Assembly (NCBI GenBank): GCA_963799845.1 | Contig: CAWCYI010000004.1 | Coordinates: forward strand, 704,001 to 768,000 | DNA length: 64,000 nt | Origin: an uncultured Nitrososphaerota archaeon | Lineage (GTDB): Archaea > Thermoproteota > Nitrososphaeria > Nitrososphaerales > CADDZS01 | Reading direction: 5' to 3' | In this document: in pieces, positions 1 through 9,782 of the stretch | Layout: each line of letters begins with the position of its first letter | How positions within the stretch are numbered: position 1 is the stretch's first letter | Notes under the pieces: model-generated | What the model saw: only the letters and a program-made list of their open reading frames with translations | Told to the model about the DNA's origin: nothing | Databases searched by the model: none | Position numbers and translations under genes: made by a program

Positions 1-369
1 CAGTAATGCTGTCTTTGTGAATATTCATGCGTTGTTTCGATAAATACTAGCGCTACCATTTCGGGCCGTGGTCTTGGAAGACAGAGGAATGCGCTCTCTG
101 GAATATCAGCTGCTCTCGACCACATCTGACTCAGTTGAGAACCATTCCGCACAGGGATGGCAGCCATGTATTCATGGTCGGGCGTGGTGTTGGTAACTGC
201 ATACGAACCATGTGTCTTACACCAATTATCTCGCCAGCGAACTCGTGTTTATTGATTGATTTCACGGAGCGAATATGCCATCTTCGGTTAGAACGAGGTC
301 GCCAACCACCAAAGTTTCCACTGTTTTGATTCTAGAGGCAGTCATGATTTCCTCGCCTCTTGGAAAGCA
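1..369 (-). mobile_element. Intein (Hint domain), N-terminal part
   Basis: CFPRGEEIMT...IKTVETLVVGDLVLTEDG...TTPDHEYM matches intein blocks A and B. Not in the ORF track because of frameshifts. Confidence 0.7.
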
Positions 370-527
370 AAGGGGGCACCCTCCTGCTGCGTCAATACTA
401 GCAATTCGACACAAGGCAATTTGATCTTCAGAATTGATGTTCCCGAGTTTGCAATAAAGAATGCCTCGGATTGAGGTTCGGATGATACAGGAGCGGGACT
501 TGATTTCCTTCCTTCCTCATCTGCCAT
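1..527 (-). CDS. Putative radical SAM (SPL-like) protein N-terminus with inserted intein; three apparent frameshifts; runs off window
   Basis: Manual translation across frameshifts near 408, 265 and 217 gives MADEEGRK...SILKIKLPCV/IASIDAAGGCPL|CFPRGEEIMTASRIKTVETLVVGDLVLTEDGIFAP/VKSINKHEFAGEIIGV/THGSYAVTNTTPDHEYMAA. Intein block A (CF..G..I.T) and block B (TxxH) are present. Host family is inferred. Confidence 0.55.
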
Positions 528-724
528 AACATACGAGAAAGACTCTCCGTTAAGAACAAGAAGGGCGACCGGCTCAGAGTTTATCTCAGAGCCTCTTGCA
601 GGCATTAAGAGACGCTTAACTCGTCTAACCTGTCCCGGATAAACTCTGGAGCCTCCCTTGGTGGAATTCCTTTGGAAGCGTCGTGAGTCTGCCCTATCCC
701 TTCCTTAGGTGTGTCAGGATAGCC

Positions 725-982
725 TCAGGCTCTTTTTGAATTGGAATCCAGAGCTTTGTATCCATACCACTGCTGTGCAACTACCTTCCAGTCGGCGATC
801 GGTCGACCTTCATTGCTGATTCTACGCCGCATCAAGAGCCTCTTTTTCATTCTATCGACTGCGTCCTGCGAAGAAAGCTCGTCCGTGTTGAACTTTCTTG
901 CAAACCCATCTAATATTCTCGCGGAAGTAATTTTTACTTTTTTGCCAAGTTTGTACTGCACACTCGGAGGGAAAGACGTCAT
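725..982 (-). CDS. Hypothetical basic small protein
   Basis: 85-aa ATG ORF divergent from coxM; no recognisable motif. Confidence 0.35.
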   Translation of the reverse strand: MTSFPPSVQYKLGKKVKITSARILDGFARKFNTDELSSQDAVDRMKKRLLMRRRISNEGRPIADWKVVAQQWYGYKALDSNSKRA

Positions 983-1075
983 ATATTAATGACTAACCTG
1001 TGTCAGAATTCCGTCGTAGAAAATTCGCTAAAAGCATAATAGTGTCAGGTAGAGCCAACGTCTTCGGTTCATAGC

Positions 1076-1957
1076 ATGATACCGTCTTCGTTTGAGTACT
1101 ATTCGCCTACTACTCTTCCGGAAGCACTTTCTTTGCTCCAGAAATCTGGAGAGAACGCCAAGATCCTGGCCGGGGGGCAAAGCCTGATTCCTGTAATGAA
1201 ATTGAGACTGGGTTCACCGTCTCATCTCATTGATATCAATCGAGTTCAGGGATTGAATTACATCCGGGAATCTAATGGTGTTTTGCAGATAGGCGCAATG
1301 ACGAGAATGGCAGATCTTGAATCTTCCGATCTTCTCCGGTCGAAGTATGGTATTCTCCACGATGCGGCTATGAATATTGCAGATCCCTTGGTTCGTAACA
1401 GGGGCACTGCTGGTGGAAACATCAGCCACGCCGACCCAGCGAATGATCTTCCTGCAACAATGCTTGCTCTAGATGCAGAATTTCACGCCATCGGACCAAA
1501 TGGATCAAAGAAATTTAAGGCACAGGACTTTTTCGTTGATACGTTCACTACATCGCTGTCTCACGATGATATTCTGACAGAAATCCAAGTTCCCGCCCAC
1601 ACTCCCGGAAGTGGAGGAGCTTACTTGAAACTGGAAAAGAGAGTTGGAGATTTCGCAATTGTCGGAGTGGGTGTTCAAATCTCCTTGGATAGTAGGGGAA
1701 CATGTTTGAAAGCCGGAATCGGATTGACGGCCGTTGGGCCTACTGCGATAAAAGCGACGAATTCTGAAGAATATTTGGTAGGAAAAAATCTCGCGGACGT
1801 GAGTGTCCTTTCAAGAGCTGGAGTATTGGCATCGGAACAATCGAGTCCGACAACAGACCTGAGGGGCCCCCTGGAATACAAGAAAGAGATGGTAAAGATC
1901 TTCGTTATTCGTTCGCTGAAGGTAGCCCATAAGCGGACTGTTGGAGGGGGAATGTAA
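1076..1957 (+). CDS. coxM: Aerobic CO dehydrogenase medium (FAD) subunit
   Basis: [10 protein letters not shown] and [17 protein letters not shown]-binding motifs; first gene of M-S-L. Confidence 0.93.
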   Translation: MIPSSFEYYSPTTLPEALSLLQKSGENAKILAGGQSLIPVMKLRLGSPSHLIDINRVQGLNYIRESNGVLQIGAMTRMADLESSDLLRSKYGILHDAAMNIADPLVRNRGTAGGNISHADPANDLPATMLALDAEFHAIGPNGSKKFKAQDFFVDTFTTSLSHDDILTEIQVPAHTPGSGGAYLKLEKRVGDFAIVGVGVQISLDSRGTCLKAGIGLTAVGPTAIKATNSEEYLVGKNLADVSVLSRAGVLASEQSSPTTDLRGPLEYKKEMVKIFVIRSLKVAHKRTVGGGM

Positions 1958-1961
1958 GACG

Positions 1962-2459
1962 GTGAACAAGATGAATATTTCCGTGAATGTAAACGGCCAG
2001 GATCGAAAGGCGGAAGTCGAACCCCGTTTACTTTTGGTCCATCTCTTGAGGGAAAAACTGAATCTCACGGGAACGCATATCGGTTGCGACACCTCAAATT
2101 GTGGAGCCTGTACTGTTCTGCTTGATGACAAAGCGGTAAAATCATGCACTGTCTTTGCGGTTCAGGCGAATGGTTCTAGGGTAACTACCGTGGAAGGCCT
2201 AGCGCAGGGAAGCAAGCTGCATCCAATTCAAGAAGGATTCTGGGAAAAACATGGGCTCCAGTGTGGCTTTTGCACTCCTGGTATGATGCTAGCCTCAGTT
2301 GAGTTACTTCGAAAGAATCCCAATCCGAGTGAAGAAGAGATCAGAAGAGGGATCTCGGGTAATCTTTGTAGATGCACTGGATACGTCAAGATAGTGGAAG
2401 CTGTTCAATACGCCGCTGAAAAGATGCGGCAGCAGCAGATTGAGGTGCCCGCGAGGTAA
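1962..2459 (+). CDS. coxS: Aerobic CO dehydrogenase small (2x[2Fe-2S]) subunit
   Basis: [20 protein letters not shown] and NLCRCTGY motifs; start GTG 1962 or ATG 1971. Confidence 0.93.
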   Translation: MNKMNISVNVNGQDRKAEVEPRLLLVHLLREKLNLTGTHIGCDTSNCGACTVLLDDKAVKSCTVFAVQANGSRVTTVEGLAQGSKLHPIQEGFWEKHGLQCGFCTPGMMLASVELLRKNPNPSEEEIRRGISGNLCRCTGYVKIVEAVQYAAEKMRQQQIEVPAR

Positions 2460-2478
2460 TCCAAGAGGGTAATCGAAA

Positions 2479-4836
2479 TTGGCAACAATCACAGAAACAC
2501 CAGTAATTAACGGACTAGGCCATCCGATTAAGCGGAAAGAGGACCCTTCACTGATACGCGGCAGAGGTCACTACGTCGACGATGTCAAGCTGGAGGGGAT
2601 GCTATTCCTCGACTTCGTCAGAAGTCCATACGCCCATGCTAAGATCAAGAGCATCAACGCAGAGAAGGCGAAAGCCCTTCCAGGAGTCGTGGCCGTCATC
2701 ACTGGAAATGACCTCAAGGGACTGGGTCTTGACTGGATTCCTACTCTCGCCTATGACAAAATGATGGTTTTGCCCACTGAGAAGGTGGTCTTTCAGATGC
2801 AGGAGGTGGTAGGTGTCGTGGCGGAGGACAGATACATTGCCGCAGACGCCGTTGCCCTAATTGACGTCGAATATGAGGCTCTTCCTGTAGTCTCAGATCC
2901 TTTCAAGGCACTTGAGAAGGATTCTCCGATAGTCCGACCCGACAAAGGGACAAACCACATTTTCCACTGGGAGGTTGGAGATCGAGCTACAACGGACAAG
3001 GCGATCGCCGATGCTGATGTAGTCGTAAAGCAGGATATGTACTATCCCAGGATCCATGTTTCTTACATGGAGACCTGCGGTTGCGTTGCGGATTTTGATC
3101 CGGTCGAAGGTCATCTGACTTTATGGATGACATCCCAAGCGCCTCATGCTGTAAGGACCGTAGCAGCGATGGTCACAAAAATTCCTGAGAACAAGATCCG
3201 GATAATCTCTCCCGATATTGGAGGAGGATTCGGTGGCAAAGTGTACGTCTATCCAGGGTATATTGTGGCAGCAGTTGGCTCGATAATAACCGGTCATCCA
3301 GTAAAGTGGATCAACGATCGCTCTGACGACCAGCCATCGACGGCCTTTGGAAGGGACTTCCACATGTCGGGCGAAATAGCGGCGAAAAAAGACGGAACGA
3401 TCACGGCAGTTAAGATAAAGACAATCAGCGATCATGGGGCTTTCCACGGAGATGCTAACCCGACTAAGTTTCCAGTTGGACTGTTCAGTATCGTCACCGG
3501 CTCGTACGATATGAAAAATGCTTTCTGCGAAGTCGATGCTGCATACACAAACAAGCCCCTCGGCGGGATCACCTATCGCTGTTCGTTCAGAGTTACCGAA
3601 GCCGTTTACATCATCGAAAGAATGGTTGACATCCTCGCCCACAAAATCGGGATGGACCCCGCGGAATTGAGAATGAAGAATTTCATTCCCAAGGAAAAGT
3701 TTCCGTACAAATCAGTCCTCGGCTGGACTTATGATAGCGGAGACTACGCTCCCGCATTGAAAAAGGCGATGGACAGGATCGGGTACGACGATCTACGAAG
3801 GGAGCAGGAGGAGAAAAGGAAGAAGGGTGAATTGATGGGGATTGGTATCAGTAGCTTCACCGAAATCGTTGGCGCTGGGCCGTCGCACGATTTCGACATT
3901 CTTGGGTTGAAGATGTTCGACAGCGCTGAAATCAGGATCCATCCAACCGGCAAAGTGATCGCGAGATTTGGAACGAAGTCACAGGGTCAAGGACATCAGA
4001 CGACATATGCCCAGATTATCGCTGAGGAGCTGGGAATCCCGACTGATGACATTGTCGTCGAAGAGGGCGACACTGATACCGCTCCTTATGGTCTCGGGAC
4101 ATACGCTAGCAGAAGTACTCCTACGGCGGGTGCTGCGGCATCAATGGCTTCACGAAAGATTCGCGACAAGGCAAAGAAAATTGCAGCGTACCTGCTTGAA
4201 GCCAGAGAGGAAGATCTCGTCTGGGAAAGGGGCAGGTTCTACGTGAAAGGCTCTCCTGACCGCGGTAAGACTATCCAAGAGATCGCTTTTGCCGCGTACA
4301 CGAATAATCCTCCCGGCGTGGAGGCGGGCCTCGAAGCCGTTGACTATTACGATCCTCCCAACATGACGTTTCCATTCGGGAGTTACATCTGCGTGGTCGA
4401 TATCGATAGGGGAACCGGCGAAGCAAAAGTTAGGCGTTTCATCGCTGTCGACGACTGCGGCAACATCATAAACCCGCTAATCGTTGACGGACAGATTCAG
4501 GGAGCCCTGACCATGGGGTTCGGAACGTCCTTCCTCGAAGAGATCAAGTACGATGAAGACGGTAACGTCTATGGAGGGAACTTTATGGACTACCTGATTC
4601 CTACAGCCGTAGAAACTCCAAAGTGGGAGACCGACAAGACAGTGACGCCATCACCTCATCACCCGCTCGGCCTGAAAGGAGTTGGAGAATCTGCCACGGT
4701 TGGTTCCCCAGCGGCTTTCGTCAATGCAGTCGTTGACGCCCTAGCCCACGTTGGAATAACTCAAATCGAAATGCCCCTGAATCCTTGGAAGATCCGGAAA
4801 GCCCTAGAAGAGAAAGGACTTGCGTTAGAAAGTTAG
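2479..4836 (+). CDS. coxL: Aerobic CO dehydrogenase large (Mo-Cu) subunit, form I
   Basis: GGITYRCSFRVTEA closely matches the form I active-site motif AYXCSFR; coxMSL order; LKGVGES motif. Confidence 0.9.
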   Translation: MATITETPVINGLGHPIKRKEDPSLIRGRGHYVDDVKLEGMLFLDFVRSPYAHAKIKSINAEKAKALPGVVAVITGNDLKGLGLDWIPTLAYDKMMVLPTEKVVFQMQEVVGVVAEDRYIAADAVALIDVEYEALPVVSDPFKALEKDSPIVRPDKGTNHIFHWEVGDRATTDKAIADADVVVKQDMYYPRIHVSYMETCGCVADFDPVEGHLTLWMTSQAPHAVRTVAAMVTKIPENKIRIISPDIGGGFGGKVYVYPGYIVAAVGSIITGHPVKWINDRSDDQPSTAFGRDFHMSGEIAAKKDGTITAVKIKTISDHGAFHGDANPTKFPVGLFSIVTGSYDMKNAFCEVDAAYTNKPLGGITYRCSFRVTEAVYIIERMVDILAHKIGMDPAELRMKNFIPKEKFPYKSVLGWTYDSGDYAPALKKAMDRIGYDDLRREQEEKRKKGELMGIGISSFTEIVGAGPSHDFDILGLKMFDSAEIRIHPTGKVIARFGTKSQGQGHQTTYAQIIAEELGIPTDDIVVEEGDTDTAPYGLGTYASRSTPTAGAAASMASRKIRDKAKKIAAYLLEAREEDLVWERGRFYVKGSPDRGKTIQEIAFAAYTNNPPGVEAGLEAVDYYDPPNMTFPFGSYICVVDIDRGTGEAKVRRFIAVDDCGNIINPLIVDGQIQGALTMGFGTSFLEEIKYDEDGNVYGGNFMDYLIPTAVETPKWETDKTVTPSPHHPLGLKGVGESATVGSPAAFVNAVVDALAHVGITQIEMPLNPWKIRKALEEKGLALES

Positions 4837-4856
4837 CAAGAAACAAACCCACGGAG

Positions 4857-5090
4857 GTGGCTTTCACGAGCTACAACGAGAAAGGGCTGCCTCTCGTGGC
4901 GACTCTGACTATGTTCGCGATGCTCGCGGGATTCTTGCTCGTATTCCTGCTTCCGTACAGTCAGGTTTTCGGATGGGCTGTATTTCTAACAGTGGAGGTA
5001 ACAATCTGCGCATTAATAGTAAAGAAACTTCTTGAGGCGAGAAGACGAATTTCTGCCGCTAAATTATCTAAGGATTCAAAGTTGCATTGA
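4857..5090 (+). CDS. Small two-TM membrane protein downstream of coxL
   Basis: Two hydrophobic stretches and a basic tail; start uncertain. Confidence 0.5.
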   Translation: MAFTSYNEKGLPLVATLTMFAMLAGFLLVFLLPYSQVFGWAVFLTVEVTICALIVKKLLEARRRISAAKLSKDSKLH

Positions 5091-5305
5091 TTTGTGATAC
5101 ATATAATTAGGGCATTTAAGCCCGCAATTTGGGCCGCCGTTGACAGTACAGGCTATTATTTGCGTGACTTTCAATTATCAATATAGTATCGGGAACCGCT
5201 ACAATCTCAACTCATGAAGAGGATTTGCAGGAGTTACTAGCAAGTTCGACAGCCGGTAACACAATCTCGATATTCGATCCCGTCATTCTGAAAATAAGGT
5301 AAGTT

Positions 5306-6301
5306 ATGTCCCAGACTCCAGCCGAGAAATTCTTCTGGCGGAAAGATCCGACCAGCGAGGAACCGCGGGAGGCCACGACTACGTCGAAACAACCGACTCC
5401 CGCCAAAATCGAGACGATTGAGAATAAGGCTAAACTGAAGTCAACAGTTCTGATCGGAATACCATGTCACAATTCTGAGGGAACCATCGCGAAGGCAATT
5501 GTCCGCCTATTACCTCTTGGAGCAGATATTGTCGTTTGTGATGACGGATCGTCAGATTCGACTGAGGAAATTTCCAGAAAGATGGGATGCCTAATTATCA
5601 AGCATCCGAGAGAGCTCGGAAGATCAGACGCTGTAACCTCCCTTTTCCTGGCTGCAAAAAAACTCCAAGCCGAGGCCCTCCTTACAGTGGCCGTAGATTC
5701 CAATTTCAATCTGATGGACGCGACGAAATTAATCGATGCCGTGGAAAAAGGTGAGGTCGATATCGCAATTGGATCACGGTTGGATCGTGATTCCATAGAT
5801 CGGGCTCACAACGAGGGCCAGATTGCCGACAAAGGTTCTATCTTCCGTTCTTATGGAAAGAAAGCCCTAACATTGATTTCTCCTCCAGGAACTGGAAGCG
5901 TCGTGGTCGAGAAGGAAGTACTCGAGTTTGCAGAGCAGCAGGGCCTTAAGGTGAGAGAGTTTCCTATCACTCAGGCAGCCATTATTCCAGTTGCGGAGAC
6001 AAAACAAGCCCAATTCGACTTCGATTCAAGATTCATGAATTATGCCGCGATCAAACATCCGCTGGTATTTCTGGGAATACCGTCTCTTGGGTTTCTCTAT
6101 GTGTCCGTGCTTAAGACAGCGCTGGGAACTGATTTCGCCAACTTCTCACTGGCGACTTTGCAGAAATTTGCTCTGTCTCTTGCAAGCTCTCCTCTTTTTA
6201 TTGCATCGATAGCACTCTCAATCGGATCAGCTGTTCTCTATTCTCAGAAACAGATATTCGCAAAGCTAGACGTGATTAATCGAAAAGAAGAACGGCTCTG
6301 A
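5306..6301 (+). CDS. Glycosyltransferase family 2-like protein with C-terminal TM helices (DXD degenerate)
   Basis: IGIPCHNSEGTI and VVCDDGSSDST GT-A motifs; AVDS at the usual DAD position. Confidence 0.8.
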   Translation: MSQTPAEKFFWRKDPTSEEPREATTTSKQPTPAKIETIENKAKLKSTVLIGIPCHNSEGTIAKAIVRLLPLGADIVVCDDGSSDSTEEISRKMGCLIIKHPRELGRSDAVTSLFLAAKKLQAEALLTVAVDSNFNLMDATKLIDAVEKGEVDIAIGSRLDRDSIDRAHNEGQIADKGSIFRSYGKKALTLISPPGTGSVVVEKEVLEFAEQQGLKVREFPITQAAIIPVAETKQAQFDFDSRFMNYAAIKHPLVFLGIPSLGFLYVSVLKTALGTDFANFSLATLQKFALSLASSPLFIASIALSIGSAVLYSQKQIFAKLDVINRKEERL

Positions 6302-6439
6302 CCCTAAAATTCTGGGATCACTGAGACGGAATCCATTTCTTCTATTTTCGGAATAAATAGAAGCAATATTCAACCGAATCTACTTGGCTAGCACGTATAT
6401 AGCACAGTCATTCATCATGAGAAGACATTCGAGATTAGC

Positions 6440-6652
6440 TTGGTCGAGAGAAGTTCTGTTGAGCATTCAATCAGCAGGCTAAACCTTTTCCTAACCGGGG
6501 GCGGATTATTTTTCTTCATCATTGGAAGCTACATGTCGCTTTCTTTCAGCTCTCAAACAGGTTTGCTTTATCCGGGTCAATACTTTTTCATTTTTGGAAT
6601 GGTCCTTTCTTTCATAGGAATAATCTCAATATTCCTGAAAACCGATTTCTAG
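6440..6652 (+). CDS. Small two-TM membrane protein
   Basis: Two hydrophobic helices; TATA-like tatata upstream. Confidence 0.55.
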   Translation: MVERSSVEHSISRLNLFLTGGGLFFFIIGSYMSLSFSSQTGLLYPGQYFFIFGMVLSFIGIISIFLKTDF

Positions 6653-6786
6653 TTCTCGGCGGCACTTCGCTGACTTCAACGTGAGAAAGGCATTCTTTTC
6701 TGCGCGAGCTCCACTTTCAAAAAGCAAGCTTACACAAAATAGTCGTTACTTAAAATCCAGAAGCTTGCGATGATTTATTCCTAATC

Positions 6787-6997
6787 GTTCTTTAAATTCT
6801 AGCTCTCATTGATTCATAAAGAAAAAAATTTTCTGCGTTCGCACAAGGGGAGCTGTTTTCTGAGTGAAGAGCTCGAAACGAGCTTTGTAAGCTCAGAAGA
6901 GCTTGAAACGAGCTGAACGGAGTCTAGAGAGCTCGATTCTCATTGAACGTGCTTGCATTGTCCCTCCTCATTGAGACGAAAGACATTTTCTTGAGCT
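6787..6997. repeat. Dispersed intergenic element, copy 1 (44-bp block plus phased AGCT array)
   Basis: 6787-6830 matches 59097-59140 at 38/44; tandem GAAGAGCTYGAAACGAGCT at 6866 and 6896. Confidence 0.75.
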
Positions 6998-7035
6998 GAG
7001 AAAAACGGTGCAAACAGAGAATTAGGTCCTGAAAG

Positions 7036-8733
7036 TTACCGGACCGACCTTCTGACTAGAGCTGCAATTATCCCTAATTCGCCTGCTGAAATGCACGTCA
7101 TTACCAATATTGAAAGTTCGTGGTCGAGACTGAGCAAGAACGTTATTGCGTAGCCAATGACGGGAGTCAACAAGATCGTCGTGGAGATTGCAAATGATTC
7201 CATGAGGCGCTTAATGTCAGAACCTGCCATTATGCTGAATCCCTCCTGACTGATTCCGTCCCCGGCTGCTCCATCTCTCCTTCGAGGCTTGACAAAAAAA
7301 GCAATTTCGAAGATGCAAGCAGCAATCACGGAGAGAGCCTCGACAAAGGGGATCAGAAGAGTGTACTCTGAACTTATGTGCTTTGAGAGGCCGATTGCGA
7401 GCAATGTAATAGGAACGGGTGCGTAGGTTAGACTTGCAATTATCGTCTTGGCGTTGATGATTGTCCTTCCCCGAAGGGGAAGTGAAAGAGTGTATTCAAG
7501 ACCAGAGCCCTCCGTGTTCAGAAGGGTAGAACAAATCATGATTGTGAAAAAACATCCCAACACTGTCGCAATTATCATCGACGTCGCTTTCATCACCGGA
7601 AATTGTGACGTTACAACGGCTAGGGTTATCACTTCGAAGAGGGGAGTGGCGTAGAAGAATGCGAGAGAAGGATTCTTTGACGCAAGCCGGAGATCCTTCA
7701 AAACATAGGCAGTGAGAGGCTTCTGCAATCTAAGGGAGAAATCTGTAACCCGCTTATTCACCGAGGTCAACCCGTACCCCCGAGTTATTGCTGAAACTGA
7801 CCGAAACGTCCGCTGACCGGCGAAAAATGAGAGAATGAAATAACCAAAGGTTGCGAAGTACGAAAGCAACGGAGGAACGTATCTCGGCACGAGGAGAATG
7901 ACTCTTGGTGGGAGAGGAGACGAGTAAAGTCCTGGATAGACCACATTCGTGATTGCCAGGCCAATGGAAAATGGATGCAACACGGAGAGAACCAGACCAA
8001 CCGGCTGGGTAATGCTCCCTAAAATCGCACTAGCAAAAAAGGGAAGTGCGTAACTTACGAAGTTGAACAGGAATGCGATGCTCATTGCAGCAATCCCCCA
8101 CGTTATCAGAAACAGAGTTCGTCCTATTTTGGCGGTAAGAGATCGTCCTCCTCGAGTCACGTTTCTGTAGAAAATTCCCGAAAACCAGAGCGCGATTGCC
8201 ATCGCGAATACAATATTCGCAAGCGATCCAGCCGTCATCATTACCGTGGCAATCAATGAGTGAGTCAGCAGTGCAACGGCGCAGATCTGGACTAGAGTCG
8301 TTGTGACGGCAATGTAATCGAAGGTTCTAATGAAAGAAAGCAAAGCGATCAGGGAAAAATCTTGCTCGTTCAGTGGCAAAGAGCGGAGAAGATAGTAGGA
8401 TTCACCGCTCGAAAATGATGGTAGGATCTGAAGAGAGAAAAATACTATGTAAGCGAGACTGATGGCGAGACTGAGAGAAATTCCGCTGACGAGAGCTTCT
8501 GGCGTTGGAGCCACGATGTATTCCAGGAACGGAAAAAATGCCCCGATGGTCCCCAAGACGGCAAATGCGACCTTGCTGGTCCTAGCACTGCCGATCGTCC
8601 TGTCGAACCTTTTCCGCAGATCCTGACCATGTAACCCGTAACCCGAGGTCGAACCGCGACTGTTTTCAATCGAACGATAGGCGACTTCACGGTATGGATA
8701 GCGACTTAGCTTCCAAGCTTCTCGAAGTCTCAT
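7036..8733 (-). CDS. ABC-2 type exporter permease (multi-TM)
   Basis: About 12 TM segments, duplicated architecture (KDLRLASKNP), directly downstream of the ABC ATPase. Confidence 0.8.
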   Translation of the reverse strand: MRLREAWKLSRYPYREVAYRSIENSRGSTSGYGLHGQDLRKRFDRTIGSARTSKVAFAVLGTIGAFFPFLEYIVAPTPEALVSGISLSLAISLAYIVFFSLQILPSFSSGESYYLLRSLPLNEQDFSLIALLSFIRTFDYIAVTTTLVQICAVALLTHSLIATVMMTAGSLANIVFAMAIALWFSGIFYRNVTRGGRSLTAKIGRTLFLITWGIAAMSIAFLFNFVSYALPFFASAILGSITQPVGLVLSVLHPFSIGLAITNVVYPGLYSSPLPPRVILLVPRYVPPLLSYFATFGYFILSFFAGQRTFRSVSAITRGYGLTSVNKRVTDFSLRLQKPLTAYVLKDLRLASKNPSLAFFYATPLFEVITLAVVTSQFPVMKATSMIIATVLGCFFTIMICSTLLNTEGSGLEYTLSLPLRGRTIINAKTIIASLTYAPVPITLLAIGLSKHISSEYTLLIPFVEALSVIAACIFEIAFFVKPRRRDGAAGDGISQEGFSIMAGSDIKRLMESFAISTTILLTPVIGYAITFLLSLDHELSILVMTCISAGELGIIAALVRRSVR

Positions 8734-8742
8734 CCGCTACAA

Positions 8743-9597
8743 TCATTTCCCGACGAAGAAAGCTTCTCTCAACGTTCGGATAGTTTCCTGGATCTCTTCT
8801 TCCTCGTGAGTTAGTTTGAGAAACACATCTTCGAGAGTTGCTGGTGCGACATTCTCTCCAAAAGCCACATGATTGTTTCCTGAGGTAACGGCTACCGCCT
8901 TAGCTTTTCCCCGAAGTTCGTCCAGTGAGCCTTCAGCAACAATCTCGCCCTGGTAAATTATCCCGATACGATCACAGACGTGCTCCGCGACCTCCATGAT
9001 GTGGGTCGAGAAGAGGACAGCTCCTCCAGTTTTCTTCGCATGGAGCGTGATGATATCCTTGACTATGCGACTGCTCCTAGCATCCAACCCGTTAAGAGGC
9101 TCATCCAGAAGTAACAATGGAGGTTCATGAATCAGTGCGGCGATGAGTGAAATTTTTTGCTTCGTGCCCATTGAAAGAGTCGCGATTGGTGAATCGTAAT
9201 ACTGATCCAATCCAAAGACTGGAGCAAGAGCTTTGATCCTTTCCGAGGCAAGTTTCGGATTTGTTTTCCGAATGGAAGAAATGAATTCGAAAAAGTCTCG
9301 TGGGGTCAACGAATCGTAGAGAGTGGAGCTTTCAGAGACATATCCAATTTTTGACTTTACTCCTAACGGATCCGTAGAAGGATCCTGTCCCATTACGCGA
9401 ATTGAGCCCGAGGTCGGAGCGACCAATCCGGCGATTATTTTGATCATTGTACTTTTTCCGGCACCGTTTGGTCCCAGGAGTCCATAGATTTCCCCTGGCA
9501 TCACGTTTAGGTCCAGATTTGAAAGGGCCCTGACGTCACCGTATTCTTTCGAAATCGACTTTGCTTCAACAATAGGGGCATACTTCAAAGTAGACAA
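8743..9597 (-). CDS. ABC exporter ATP-binding protein
   Basis: Walker A GPNGAGKS, signature LSMGTKQK, Walker B LLLLDEP, H-loop STH. Confidence 0.93.
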   Translation of the reverse strand: MSTLKYAPIVEAKSISKEYGDVRALSNLDLNVMPGEIYGLLGPNGAGKSTMIKIIAGLVAPTSGSIRVMGQDPSTDPLGVKSKIGYVSESSTLYDSLTPRDFFEFISSIRKTNPKLASERIKALAPVFGLDQYYDSPIATLSMGTKQKISLIAALIHEPPLLLLDEPLNGLDARSSRIVKDIITLHAKKTGGAVLFSTHIMEVAEHVCDRIGIIYQGEIVAEGSLDELRGKAKAVAVTSGNNHVAFGENVAPATLEDVFLKLTHEEEEIQETIRTLREAFFVGK

Positions 9598-9782
9598 AGA
9601 ATTTCCGTCTTGAGAGAACTATCTCATCCAGATATTCAATTAACCTTGAGATTTACAGATCTGGAGTCGGAATACTTGCAGAAACAGATCTGAAAAATGG
9701 CCGGTAGTTATGGCAACAGTTGTAACCTGTTGCCAACAGACCTGTCTTACGCGAAGAGTCTTGTCGGAACCAGGTTCTGAGA

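Noticed and set aside
705-1050. GTGTCAG seen three times near the cox promoter (711, 1000, 1042)
   Set aside because: Short, irregularly spaced and non-palindromic; I cannot separate it from chance.
6866-6914. Mini CRISPR array
   Set aside because: Only two 19-bp units with an 11-bp gap; no spacer-sized intervals and no cas genes.
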